A DNA stretch of 64,000 bases from Nemertoderma westbladi (taxonomy: Eukaryota > Animalia > Xenacoelomorpha), in contig JAUCBJ010000145.1 in the NCBI GenBank assembly GCA_032718475.1, positions 8,991-72,990 on the forward strand, read 5' to 3'. Under the pieces are notes generated by a model. It saw nothing but the letters and a program-made list of their open reading frames with translations, ran no database searches and was not told the origin of the DNA. Below are positions 53,838 to 64,000 of this stretch, piece after piece. The translations under genes and the position numbers were made by a program. The first letter of the stretch is position 1, and the number at the start of each line of letters is the position of its first letter.

Positions 53838-54188
53838 CTCCGTTCCGAGGCTGAGGCTGGGTGCCGAACACACCTTGGAAAATGCATTATACCTTGTCCT
53901 GTATCCTGTTATTATCTTACCGGTACCCTACTTGACTCATGACAATCACTCAAAGTCGGAGTGGATACCTTGCAGGTTAAAATCTAAGCAAAGACAAGAC
54001 GTGGGGGACTTCTATTGGGGTAGTAAAGATATGTATGTATTATGGTGTATTCTCCGTGGCGCCCTCCGTGCCTTACAGGTAACAGCCAAGTGAGAAGTGC
54101 CGTCAGCTTGCCTCCAGTGTTTCATGTTCACCATAACTTTACTTTTTTTTTACATAATTAATTAATACGTATAACAGATTATCATTGG

Positions 54189-54504
54189 TATAACTTCAGG
54201 GATAATGACTGTAGAAAGGGTCTAATGCCACGGTTAACAAAAACAGTTTATATTTATATGGCCATTTCATCCTCACGGACGTCTTCACTCTTCAGTAAAT
54301 AAATTAAAATAACATTAAAACACAATAATTTATAAACTAATATATTCGGCCGTCCGTGAGGATGAAATGGCCATATAATATAAATAAAAACTGTTTTTGT
54401 TAACCGTGGCATTAGACCCTTTCTACAGTCATTATCCCTGAAGTTATAATTATGGATACGCCACGAACGGCATCATTTCGACTTCTTTCCCATTTAAATA
54501 TTAT
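54189..54504 (-). mobile_element. Short Penelope-like inverted-pLTR remnant with hammerhead-like motif
   Basis: ~95-bp inverted repeats (54189-54281, 54351-54448); 13-bp flanking direct repeat AGATTATCATTGG; minus strand TGAAGA-CGTCC-GTGA-GGATG-AAA. Confidence 0.6.
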
Positions 54505-54683
54505 AGATTATCATTGGCGTTCAATGAAAAATGTGTGCAAAAATGTGAGTTTCCGTCTGCAATTAGCAGTAGGTATTAATTTGTCGTTTAGTAAATACAA
54601 CACTTAAATTAATATCCTAAATTCTATTAGCGGTGACCGGACACCTAGTACCCCCAATCGACTTAGTGGTGCTGCTTGTAGAC

Positions 54684-55068
54684 TAGTGTTGTGCCGGTAC
54701 TGGTATTTCAGGTACAGGTACTGGAAAATTTCATCCCAACAACCGGTATATACTTGTTGCTATTTTAATGAACACGTTTATGGTACCGGTATATAGTCTC
54801 TTTTCACCTATTTACAATATATTTGCAATTTTATAAAGATGCAACTTGTTTAAAAGTATGGGAAATTATGTTTAACACAAAATAATGGAAATTATGTTGG
54901 GAAACAACATTATACTAAAAAAATATTTCAATATTTAATTTACTTTCGCTACCCTAAGTATACAGAAGCGTTTTCGATTTCGACTGAAAACCACACAAAA
55001 GCAATAATTATAGCCGGTTTTACGCAGTACCGGTACCTGTTGAAAATGTTGGTACCAGCACAACACTA
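54684..55068. mobile_element. hAT-type MITE
   Basis: TAGTGTTGTGC.GGTAC TIRs; 8-bp TSD TTGTAGAC/GTGTAGAC. Confidence 0.8.
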
Positions 55069-55778
55069 GTGTAGACACATTTAAATACAAGATTAGAGTG
55101 CTTACTTAGTACTAGGAGTTATTATGCAAAAGGTTAGCTGGTTCAATCAATAGACAACCGATTCCTGAGTTGAGCCGGCATTCACTGTTTGCGATTATCA
55201 GCACAAAACCAAATCACTCTTCTCGTGTTTTGAAGGATCTGCATCTACAGCTTAACAACCAACTTAGTCAATCAATTTGGTTCGATTGGGCCTAAGAAAG
55301 TACTATATAGGGGTAGTAGCGGTTGTTCGTATTGGGGGTGAAGTATATCAGGCAGTGGCGCAATAGGTGTGAGCATTCTAAATGTTAATATTCGTCAATA
55401 TAAATAATAATTTTTAAATATTTAATGGAATAAATTTAGGGATTGCCTGTCAATATTAACTTATTGTCAAACTTTTTAATGGCACTCCTAATTGCTTCTA
55501 CCCAATGTACAGTACATGTACCCAACCAACATGTATGACGTACGAAACAGTGTCAGGTGTTCTTCAATCAGCGGTCCAGGCAAAATTCAGCTGGTCGGTG
55601 GTGTGAGAAATCTCCAAACGTGATTTTCAGAATGTATTTAAAAAAACAGAACTAGCAATTTAGATTAAAATCAAAATATATGTTTTAAAGAATTCTGAGA
55701 CGTCCGCGTCCGGGCGGTGCCATATGATAGCTACCAGTATTCTTTATTTCTAGTAACAAACGTTTTCTTGTAATTTAG

Positions 55779-57333
55779 GTTAGCTGAAGAGGAAGAGCGA
55801 GTTCATAGATATTTGGACAAATCGACATTGCTAGACCTTCAGAAGCGTTGCGAAGTTGTACTCATAGAAAATAAACTGGATCAGTTCTATTTGGAGTACC
55901 AACAGTTGCTGGAGAATGATAGAAACGCTGACCTGGAGAGAATGTACGAGTTGGTTTCTAAGGTTTCCTACGGCTTGGCGCGTCTCAAGGAACTCCTAGA
56001 GTCTCACATACAGACTCGCGGTCTGGATAGACTGTCGCGTTGTCTGGACGACTGTGTACGGTCACCGGAAGTTTACGTTAACACTATTCTCGCTGTCCAC
56101 GGCTCATTCCACCAACTGGTTGTCTCTGCGTTCCGCAACGACCCGGGTTTCGTCGCCGCTTTGGATCGCGCCTGCGGTGCCTTTATAAACCGCAACGCGG
56201 TTACGGCTCTAGTCGACAACTCGACGTCGAAATCGCCCGAGTTGCTCGCAAAGTTCTGCCACCATCTCCTCCGCCGCGGCGGCTCGTCCAAGGAGGTTGA
56301 CGAGGACCAACTGGAAGAGACCCTTAACTCCGTCCTCGTAGTCTTCAAGTACATCGAAGACAAGGACGTCTTCCTCAAGTTCTATCACAAATTCCTCGCA
56401 CAACGACTCGTCCAACAAATGTCGGTATCCGATGACGCCGAGGCCTCGACGATATCAAAGTTAAAACAAGCCTGCGGATTCGAGTACACCAGCAAACTGC
56501 AACGTATGTTCCAGGACACTGGACTCAGCAAAACGCTCAACGAGAATTTTAAGAAGCACCTCGACGAGTCTGCCGAGCGCCTGGACATCGAGTTTAACAT
56601 CCAGGTGCTGACGACGGGTTCGTGGCCGTTACCCCCCTCCCCGGAGTTCACCTTGCCCCGCGAGTTGGAGCGAAGTTTCAACAGGTTCACGGCCTTCTAT
56701 GCAACCCAACACACAGGTCGACGGCTCCAATGGTTGTACAACCATTCCAAGGGCGATATTATAGCCAACTGTTTCAAGAGTAAGTACACTTTTCAAGCGT
56801 CCACCTTCCAGATGTCCGTACTACTGCAATACAACCAGAGCAAACAGTTGAGTGTGGAACAACTGTGTGTCAACACCGGGCTGCTGGAGCCCTTAATGCT
56901 GCAGGTCCTACAGATTCTATTAAAGTCGCGATTGCTGATGGTTGTGTCGGAGGATGTGGGTGAATCTTCGGAGCAGGAGGAATACGAGTTGCACACAGAC
57001 ACCGTGGTCGGTCTGTTCGAGGGCTACAAAAACCGCCGACTCCGCGTCAACCTCAATGTACCCCTTAAGACCGAGACGAAATGCGACCAGGAACAGACCC
57101 ACAAGGTCATCGAAGAGGATCGCAAGATCGTCATACAGGCTTGCATCGTTAGGATAATGAAAATGAGGAAATTACTAAAACATCAGCAACTCGTGTCTGA
57201 AGTTCTCGGCCAATTATCGTCGCGATTTAAACCCAAAATTCAAGTTATAAAGAAATGTATTGATATACTGATTGAGAAGGAATATCTAGAAAGAGTTGAA
57301 GGCGAGAAGGACACTTACAGCTACCTGGCTTGA
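55779..57333 (+). CDS. CUL1: Cullin-1, exon 2
   Basis: Acceptor taatttag|G at 55778 restores [20 protein letters not shown]; cullin homology domain, neddylation motif [10 protein letters not shown]-terminal KDTYSYLA. Confidence 0.97.
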
Positions 57334-57679
57334 TTCACAATAAAGTTATAGCTAGATTCTCATTGTGACCTTTGCAGTTTTCCGGCCTTATTCAGACCAA
57401 TATCAGTCATTCGTGTCAATGAACATTTCAAATGAACTTTAAATGGGTTATTATTATTGAATTATTTAATAATATTATTTTTTAGATTGAAATAAAGTGC
57501 TTATTCTCACATCTTCGCTTAATATGGTTTTCGGCAGTAATACTTATCATCAATGGCAATGGCATACACGGAAATGGAGCGGTTTTATTGTTTAGCGGGT
57601 TTAATAATTCCAAAATTAATAAATTTGTCCTCCAATTTTAGGGGTGATATTAATGCCACTTTAAAAATTACAAACTTAT

Positions 57680-58034
57680 CGTAGCTAAAGGTCATAAGGC
57701 CCGAAGTCGATTTTTGTTGGACTTTACTTTTTATACAATTCCACACTAAGACATGATCTATCAGCTGGTGAAGTTTTGAACATTTTAACCAATAGGAAGT
57801 GATGATTATTGCGTGGTAAAGTGAAGACCTATATCCCAGCGGACAATATTTTACTGCAGAAAGGCGAAAGGCCCTATGTAAAGTTTTAACCAATGGGAAG
57901 TGATGATTATTACGTATAATCCTATTGGACAATATTTTACTGCAGAATGAATGGCCCTATATCTCTCTATATCTTTTTTAGGCTCTCATGAACAATTGCA
58001 ATTTTGACTTGGGCCTTATGACACTTAAGCTACG
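57680..58034. mobile_element. MITE, Kolobok-like
   Basis: Inverted ends GTCATAAGGCCC(G)AAGTC next to CTAA/TTAA. Confidence 0.6.
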
Positions 58035-58439
58035 TTATGTGATATTAACCCCCCCCCCCCCCCCCACACACACCCATTGATGTGCTGCTAATGTAGGGGG
58101 TAATTTTAAAAAATGTATTAAATTTACAGCGCGTGGTTTAATTTTACAGGTTTTTAAACTAAAAGTATGTCGTATTCACGCAGATTAAAATTCAGTGGGC
58201 ACTGCTGGCGAAGTAAAGACGAGGTCATACCAGATCTACTTTTCTGGTAACCAACTCATGAATAGCGTAGTCGTGGACGACCGCCCATAACATATTATAT
58301 AGATGAACTTGAAAGAGATACTGAACTTGGGAGAAACGAAATTGCGACAACTATGGAGAATCGGGAAGCCTGAAAGGATCATATTTCCACTGTCCGAGTT
58401 CGCTCGACCTCGTAGTTTCCCGAGTTCGCTCGTAGTAGT

Positions 58440-59990
58440 ATGCCGTATTCAAACACGGGTGGGATGTGGGGTCCCGCATATCATATGGCAGACTCAAAAG
58501 TATGTGGGGTGAGGCATATCATATGGCAGACCCAAAACGCAAGTGTGAGGTGGGGTGAGGCAATTCATATGGCAGACTAAAAACGCGGGAGGGAGGTGGG
58601 TTGAGGTATATCATATGGCAGACTCAAAACGCGGGAGGGGGGTGGGGTGAGGCATATCATATGGCAGACTCGACTAAAAACGCGGGAGGGAGGTGGGTTG
58701 AGGTATATCATATGGCAGACTCAAAACGCGGGAGGGGGGTGGGGTGATGCATATCATATGGCAGACTAAAAACGCGGGGGGGAGGTGTGTTGATGCATAT
58801 TATAAAATGGCAGACTCAAAACGCGGGAGGGAGGTGGGGTGAGGCATATCATATGGCAGACTCAAAACAAAAGTGGGAGGTGGGGTGAGGCATATCCTAT
58901 GGCAGACCCAAAACGCAACTGGGAGGTGGGGTGAGGCATATCTTTTGGCAGGCTAAAAACGAAAGTGGGAGGAGGGGTGAGGCATATCATATGGCAGACT
59001 AAAAACGCGGGAGGGATGTGGGTTGAGGTATATCATATGGCAGACTCAAAACGCGGGAAGGAGGTGGGGTGAGGCATATCATATGGCAGACTCAAAACGC
59101 ATGTGGGATGTGGGGTGAGGCATATCATATGGCAGACTCAAAACGAAAGTGGGAGGTGGGTTGAGGCATATCATATGACAGACTCAAAACGCGGGATGGA
59201 GGTGGGGTGAGGCATATCATATGGCAGACTCAAAACGCATGTGGGGTGAGGCATATCATATGGCAGACTCAAAACGCGGGAGGGAGGTGGGGTGAGGCAT
59301 ATCATATGGCAGACTCAAAACGAAAGTGGGAGGTGGGGTGAGGCATATCATATGGCAGACCCAAAACGCAAGTGGGAGGTGGGGTGAGGCATATCTTTTG
59401 GCAGACTAAAAACGAAAGTTGGAGGTGGGGTGAGGCATATCATACGGGGGACTAAAAACGCGGGAGGGAGGTGGGTTGAGGCATATCATATGGTAGACTC
59501 AAAACGAAAGTGGGATGTGGGGTGGGGCATATCATATGGCAGATCCAACACGCAAGTGGGAGGTGGGGTGCGCATATCATATGGCAGACTCAAAACGCAA
59601 TTGGAAGGTGGGGTGATGCATATCATATGGGAGACTCAAAACGCAAGTGCGAGGTGGGGTGAGGCATATCATATGGCAGACTCAAAACGAAAGTGGGAGG
59701 TGGGGTGAGGCGTATCATATGGCAGACAAAAAAGGCGGGATGGAGGTGGGTTTAGGCATATCATATGCCAGACTCAAAACGCGAGAGGGAGGGAGGTGGG
59801 GGTGAGGCATATCATATGGCAGACTCAAAACGCATGTGGGGTAAGGCATATCCTATGGCAGACTCAAAACGCAAGTGGGAGGTAGGTGGGGTGAGGCATA
59901 TCTTATGGCAGACTCAATACGCGGATGTGACGTGGGGTGAGGCATATCATATGGCAGACTCAAAACGCCGTTGGGAGGTGGGGTGAGGCG
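58440..59990. repeat. ~46-bp G-rich minisatellite, ~34 copies
   Basis: Unit GAGGCATATCATATGGCAGACTCAAAACGCGGGAGGGAGGTGGGGT. Confidence 0.95.
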
Positions 59991-60464
59991 GCGCCATTTC
60001 ATTTCCAGGGTTCGCTCCTTTGTCTGTTGTGGTAGCTTATCAATATATTGATATTAAAAAGGGACTAACTACAGTATTTCTCCATGTTACTTTTTTGAAT
60101 ACAAAAATCTGTAAAGAAGTTGACCATAAATATGTTATATGAAAATGTAGTGTACCTACTGTATGCACTCAGGTAATTTTTTCAAAAAATCGGGGAAATA
60201 TCATGGAGAAAAGTTAAGCAACCCTCAACAAACAAACAAACATTCAACAAAAACTTGTTTTTGTAGGTTTTTTTACTTTGGGAATTAAAAAAATGCTTAT
60301 CAAAATGAATAGCGGGTGACTAAGACACATGTAGGCCTAATGTTTTGAGAGGAAAATTTAAAACGGACTTTGATTCATTGATTGTTGTATGAAGTATGAA
60401 GTGGTAAATCCAGCAATCCGAATTCTGTTTATTTTCTATCATTCTACACTGAAGCGTTTGTTCA

Positions 60465-61083
60465 GGTACGTACTAAAAGGTAGAACGATCTATAACGGGC
60501 TATAACGATCTATAACGAGCTATAACAAACTATAACCATCTATAACGCGCTATAATCTGAAAATTTACAATAAAAAAACATATTTTAGAATGGATTTATT
60601 TTCCTAGTCATAGTAATTTAAATACGCAATTTGGTTTTTTAGTCCATAATGCTTTTCATCTTTCTGGTATCACGAAATCAGTCATTACTGCATTAGTTAG
60701 CATCCACTACTGCATTATCTGACTATCAGACAGTGCAGCAGTGGAGAGGTCTCCCATCTCTCTGTCTATCATCCATCCTGCTATCCGCTGTCAGCTTCTG
60801 GTCGATGTAGAATACAGGAATATAGTGAGCAATATAGGCCAATAAAAACAAAATAACAGTATCAATTAGGCATAGGCAGATAGGCCTACCCTAATTTTTA
60901 ACCTGCGGTATTTTTCAGACCACCGTGTTAATCCAAAAGTTAAACACACCCAAGGGGGGTTTTTTAATGTAAATTTTCATATTATAGCTCGTTATAGGTG
61001 GTTATAGCTTGTTTATAGAAATTTATAGCCCGTTATAGATCGTTATAGCCCGTTATAGATCGTTCTACCTTTTAGTACGTACC
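60465..61083. mobile_element. MULE-type MITE, family D
   Basis: TIR GGTACGTACTAAAAGGTAGAACGATCTATAACG; perfect 9-bp TSD GTTTGTTCA. Confidence 0.92.
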
Positions 61084-61333
61084 GTTTGTTCATCGCAATC
61101 TCTAAACCTAGTAGTACAGTCCATGGCCAATGCAAAAGCTACACGAGATAGATTGTTGACGATAATGATATATTGTCCAGATAAACATTTGATATTTTAA
61201 CTAATTACTACTGTAATAGTGAGTAATACTGTATTGAGTGCAGTTGCTGTACTGCAGTAGGCCTATCTGCCAATTCCACATCAGAAAATCCATGTACAGA
61301 ATATGTAGGCCTACCGGTAATCAGGTAATCACT

Positions 61334-63274
61334 ATGGAAGCCGATAAAACTTCTAGGTTTTCCCCAACAAAGTATCGTCCTGAACATCCCCTCCCGAAAG
61401 AAATTCGCGAACTGTCTCGAGATGAAACGGTTTGTCACTTTTGTGGAATCAGTTACCTTATTCATAATGAGATTAAACTTTTAGAAGATAAGGTTCAATA
61501 TCTCGAGGAGAATGTAAGAACTCACCTGGGTTGCCAAGAACTACAGGAAGCATTGAAGAAGGAATCATCCTCGTTACAGGAGATTGTTGATAAACTACGT
61601 ATGGAAGCTGTTGCCGGTTCAAGTTCAATCAATAGCCTAAATGAGATCGTTAACATAAAATCACAGCGAATTAATACTTTGGAAATTGATGTTTCTAATC
61701 TTAAAAATATATTGATTAACTTAGAGAGTAAAAATGCGACACATTTAAAGCAACAGCTAAGTTTAAATGATGAATTACAAAATATGATGATACTAATTAG
61801 TAATTTTAAACTAGAACTAAACAGTTTGAGATCAATAGCAACAAGTTATTCTGGTTTATTGACAGATTATAGTATAAAGATACTTCAGGCTGTGTCAACA
61901 CATATGGATAAATCCCTAAAAGATGCTAAAAATATGGAAGAAAAATTTGATGCAACACAGAAGATGTACAGAACGGCGCAAAGCGAACTTTTTGAATTAA
62001 GTAATAAAATTAAAAATTGTGGAAGAAAAGAGAAGGAATACGAATCCAAAGCATTAGAATTAATAAGCATGCGTAAAGATTATGATAATCTTTCTAGTCA
62101 TTGTGAAACTGTAACCAAACGTTGTCACTCCTTTCAGATGGAACTAAATAAATGCCGAGAAGTGATGGAACAGAGAGACCTACATTTACAGAAAGCGAAG
62201 GCACAAAATAATGACAGTAAAGACATTATTAACAAATTGAAAGAACAAATGGAATTGAAAGATGAACACGTAGATCAATTTAATAATGACTTTAGGATTG
62301 CGCTGATTAAAAGCAAAGAAGAGGTTCAATCATTGATTTCGGAAAGGGAGGCGATGGTTGTTAACCATCAAAGTCAATTGGAACAGATTCGAAATCACTA
62401 TAAAAACGAAATAGAGAATATGGACACTTTGCCTCAAAAAATTCAGCAGGTTGTTGAAACAGAGCGCAGAAACTGGCATCAAGAAAAGGAATCACTTGAA
62501 ATAGTTTGGAAGAAAAAATTAGATGAAGCCGTTGAAATTGAACGGACAAAATATGAGGAGATGTTGGCTAAATTGCAGTTGGAGCGCAGTAGCTTGTATC
62601 GACAAACGGACACTCGAATGGATGAGGTTTTAGTGAAACACAAATCGCAGGTTGATCGATTGTGCGGCCAGGTTGAAGACTTGCGCAGACAATTGGCATC
62701 TGCGGATGCCTCAAAGGCATCTCAATCAGAGAGTTTAATGCGAATGATTTCTGCTCTAGAAACGCAACTGCACAGCTTACATATGGAAAGAAATAAACAA
62801 GCGGATCTCTATAAAACAGAATGCGAAAAACTCCAACTTAGTCTGGCTGCAAGTGAAAATTCGGTAAAGAAATATCAGGACAAATTAGAAAATGTCGATT
62901 CAGAGATCCAATATCTGCAGGAAACTGTTCGCAAGGAGTGCGAGGAACGGTTAGAGCTCGCTGAGCATCTAGAAGAAGCCCGCAAACAGATACTGCATGG
63001 CCATGGACTGGAGCGACCATCATCCCTATCCAACCCCAGCCAGTTCCTTCCAAGAATTCCTTTGCAGCGGGTTGTTGGCCGAAGGACATCCGTTGGCAGT
63101 ATTAGTATTAATGGCTCGTGTGGTGATGTCGACTGTAGGAACGAGGCCCGGAGTATAGTTAATAAAGACACAAGTACGGAGAGTTTATCACGGAGTGAGT
63201 CTGTCAGTCATCCTGCTGATACATCTACATTACAACGGAAGCGACTAGCCGCAATGCTACTCAGCAGAAGATAA
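61334..63274 (+). CDS. LEKR1: Leucine-, glutamate- and lysine-rich protein 1 homolog, 646 aa, intronless CDS
   Basis: N-terminal HPLPKEIRELSRDETVCHFCGISYLIHNEIKLLEDKV, long coiled coil, LQETVRKECEERLEL. Confidence 0.85.
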   Translation: MEADKTSRFSPTKYRPEHPLPKEIRELSRDETVCHFCGISYLIHNEIKLLEDKVQYLEENVRTHLGCQELQEALKKESSSLQEIVDKLRMEAVAGSSSINSLNEIVNIKSQRINTLEIDVSNLKNILINLESKNATHLKQQLSLNDELQNMMILISNFKLELNSLRSIATSYSGLLTDYSIKILQAVSTHMDKSLKDAKNMEEKFDATQKMYRTAQSELFELSNKIKNCGRKEKEYESKALELISMRKDYDNLSSHCETVTKRCHSFQMELNKCREVMEQRDLHLQKAKAQNNDSKDIINKLKEQMELKDEHVDQFNNDFRIALIKSKEEVQSLISEREAMVVNHQSQLEQIRNHYKNEIENMDTLPQKIQQVVETERRNWHQEKESLEIVWKKKLDEAVEIERTKYEEMLAKLQLERSSLYRQTDTRMDEVLVKHKSQVDRLCGQVEDLRRQLASADASKASQSESLMRMISALETQLHSLHMERNKQADLYKTECEKLQLSLAASENSVKKYQDKLENVDSEIQYLQETVRKECEERLELAEHLEEARKQILHGHGLERPSSLSNPSQFLPRIPLQRVVGRRTSVGSISINGSCGDVDCRNEARSIVNKDTSTESLSRSESVSHPADTSTLQRKRLAAMLLSRR

Positions 63275-63292
63275 GATATATGTTTCCATAAC

Positions 63293-63460
63293 TACAGGAT
63301 ATTGTGCCATTCTTAAAGAAGATACTGTACCATTCTTAACGAGGATACAGGACCATTCTTAAAGAGGATACTGTACCATTCTTAAACAGGATACAGTACC
63401 ATTCTTAAATAGGATACTGTACTGTACCATTCTTAAGAGGATACAGTACCATTCTTAAAG
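63293..63460. repeat. ~22-23-bp repeat GGATACWGTACCATTCTTAAA, ~7 copies, in the LEKR1 3' region
   Basis: Direct repeats visible. Confidence 0.8.
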
Positions 63461-64000
63461 AGATAATATCTTAAGGAAACTGTAAGAGTGGTATATAATT
63501 ATGATATTTAATGTTTTCATGATTGTATATTAATTTTTGGATTAATTTATTTTCCTGTCCCGAATATCTTTATAATAATGTAAATTTATATTTTTTAACA
63601 TTGTGAATATGTTGTAAAAATGTTATATCTATATATCTGTATTACTAACTTAAGAGTTATGACCGACAGTTTTAATTATGATTTGTGCCAGACCAACTAA
63701 TCATAAATCTTGAACCTATAAAGTCTAACCGGTCAAAGTGTACAGTAGAAAGCCAAGAAGTACAGTAGTTGCTTGGAGGGGGGGTGGCTTATTCGTCTGG
63801 CACACCGGTACAATTAGTCATGTACTGTGAGAACCAAAGCCTACGACTGTATGTGTATGTGTATATGTACCCGTGTGCTGATATCACAAGTTATAGTCGC
63901 TTTCGGACGAGCTCTCACGAACTCGCAATAGAAAAGAGTCGATATACTCGATCAGATCGGAAATGTCGTCTATGCCACTGCTCGCGTGCGGTTGAAGACG

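Noticed and set aside
50158-57333. Two separate or broken cullin genes
   Set aside because: The GT-AG intron 51003-55778 joins them into one intact CUL1.
61238-61333. N-terminal extension of LEKR1 (likewise Spire 36130-36165)
   Set aside because: Non-ATG starts from the ORF caller in footprint-motif-rich non-coding sequence. An upstream in-frame ATG at ~61292 cannot be fully excluded.

Overview
AT-rich, transposon-dense animal genomic DNA; it is not prokaryotic and has no CRISPR array. Three conserved genes are recognisable. Spire (minus strand, intronless CDS) and LEKR1 (plus strand, intronless CDS) are single-exon, and cullin-1 (plus strand) has two exons and one 4.8-kb intron. There is also a multi-exon minus-strand gene for a ~1200-aa disordered protein and a poly-Ala coding exon running off the left edge. 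The rest is MITEs/foldbacks (hAT-, MULE-, P-, Sola-, CMC-, Harbinger-, Kolobok-like), HINE-like elements, LINE fragments (CR1/L2, RTE), Penelope-like elements with hammerhead motifs, a tRNA-SINE and several minisatellites. Four observations stand out. (1) Comparing paralogous TE copies shows that the abundant motifs TACAGTA, TACGGTA, TACCGGTA and TAGGCCTA are secondary insertions at TA sites; they look like transposon excision footprints and cluster near gene starts. (2) A ~104-copy B-box-like array appears to have been amplified inside a SINE in the cullin-1 intron. (3) Two unrelated Penelope-like inserts both place their inversion junction at hammerhead stem II. (4) Normally intron-rich genes are almost intron-free. 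All calls come from reading the sequence; no database searches were run.
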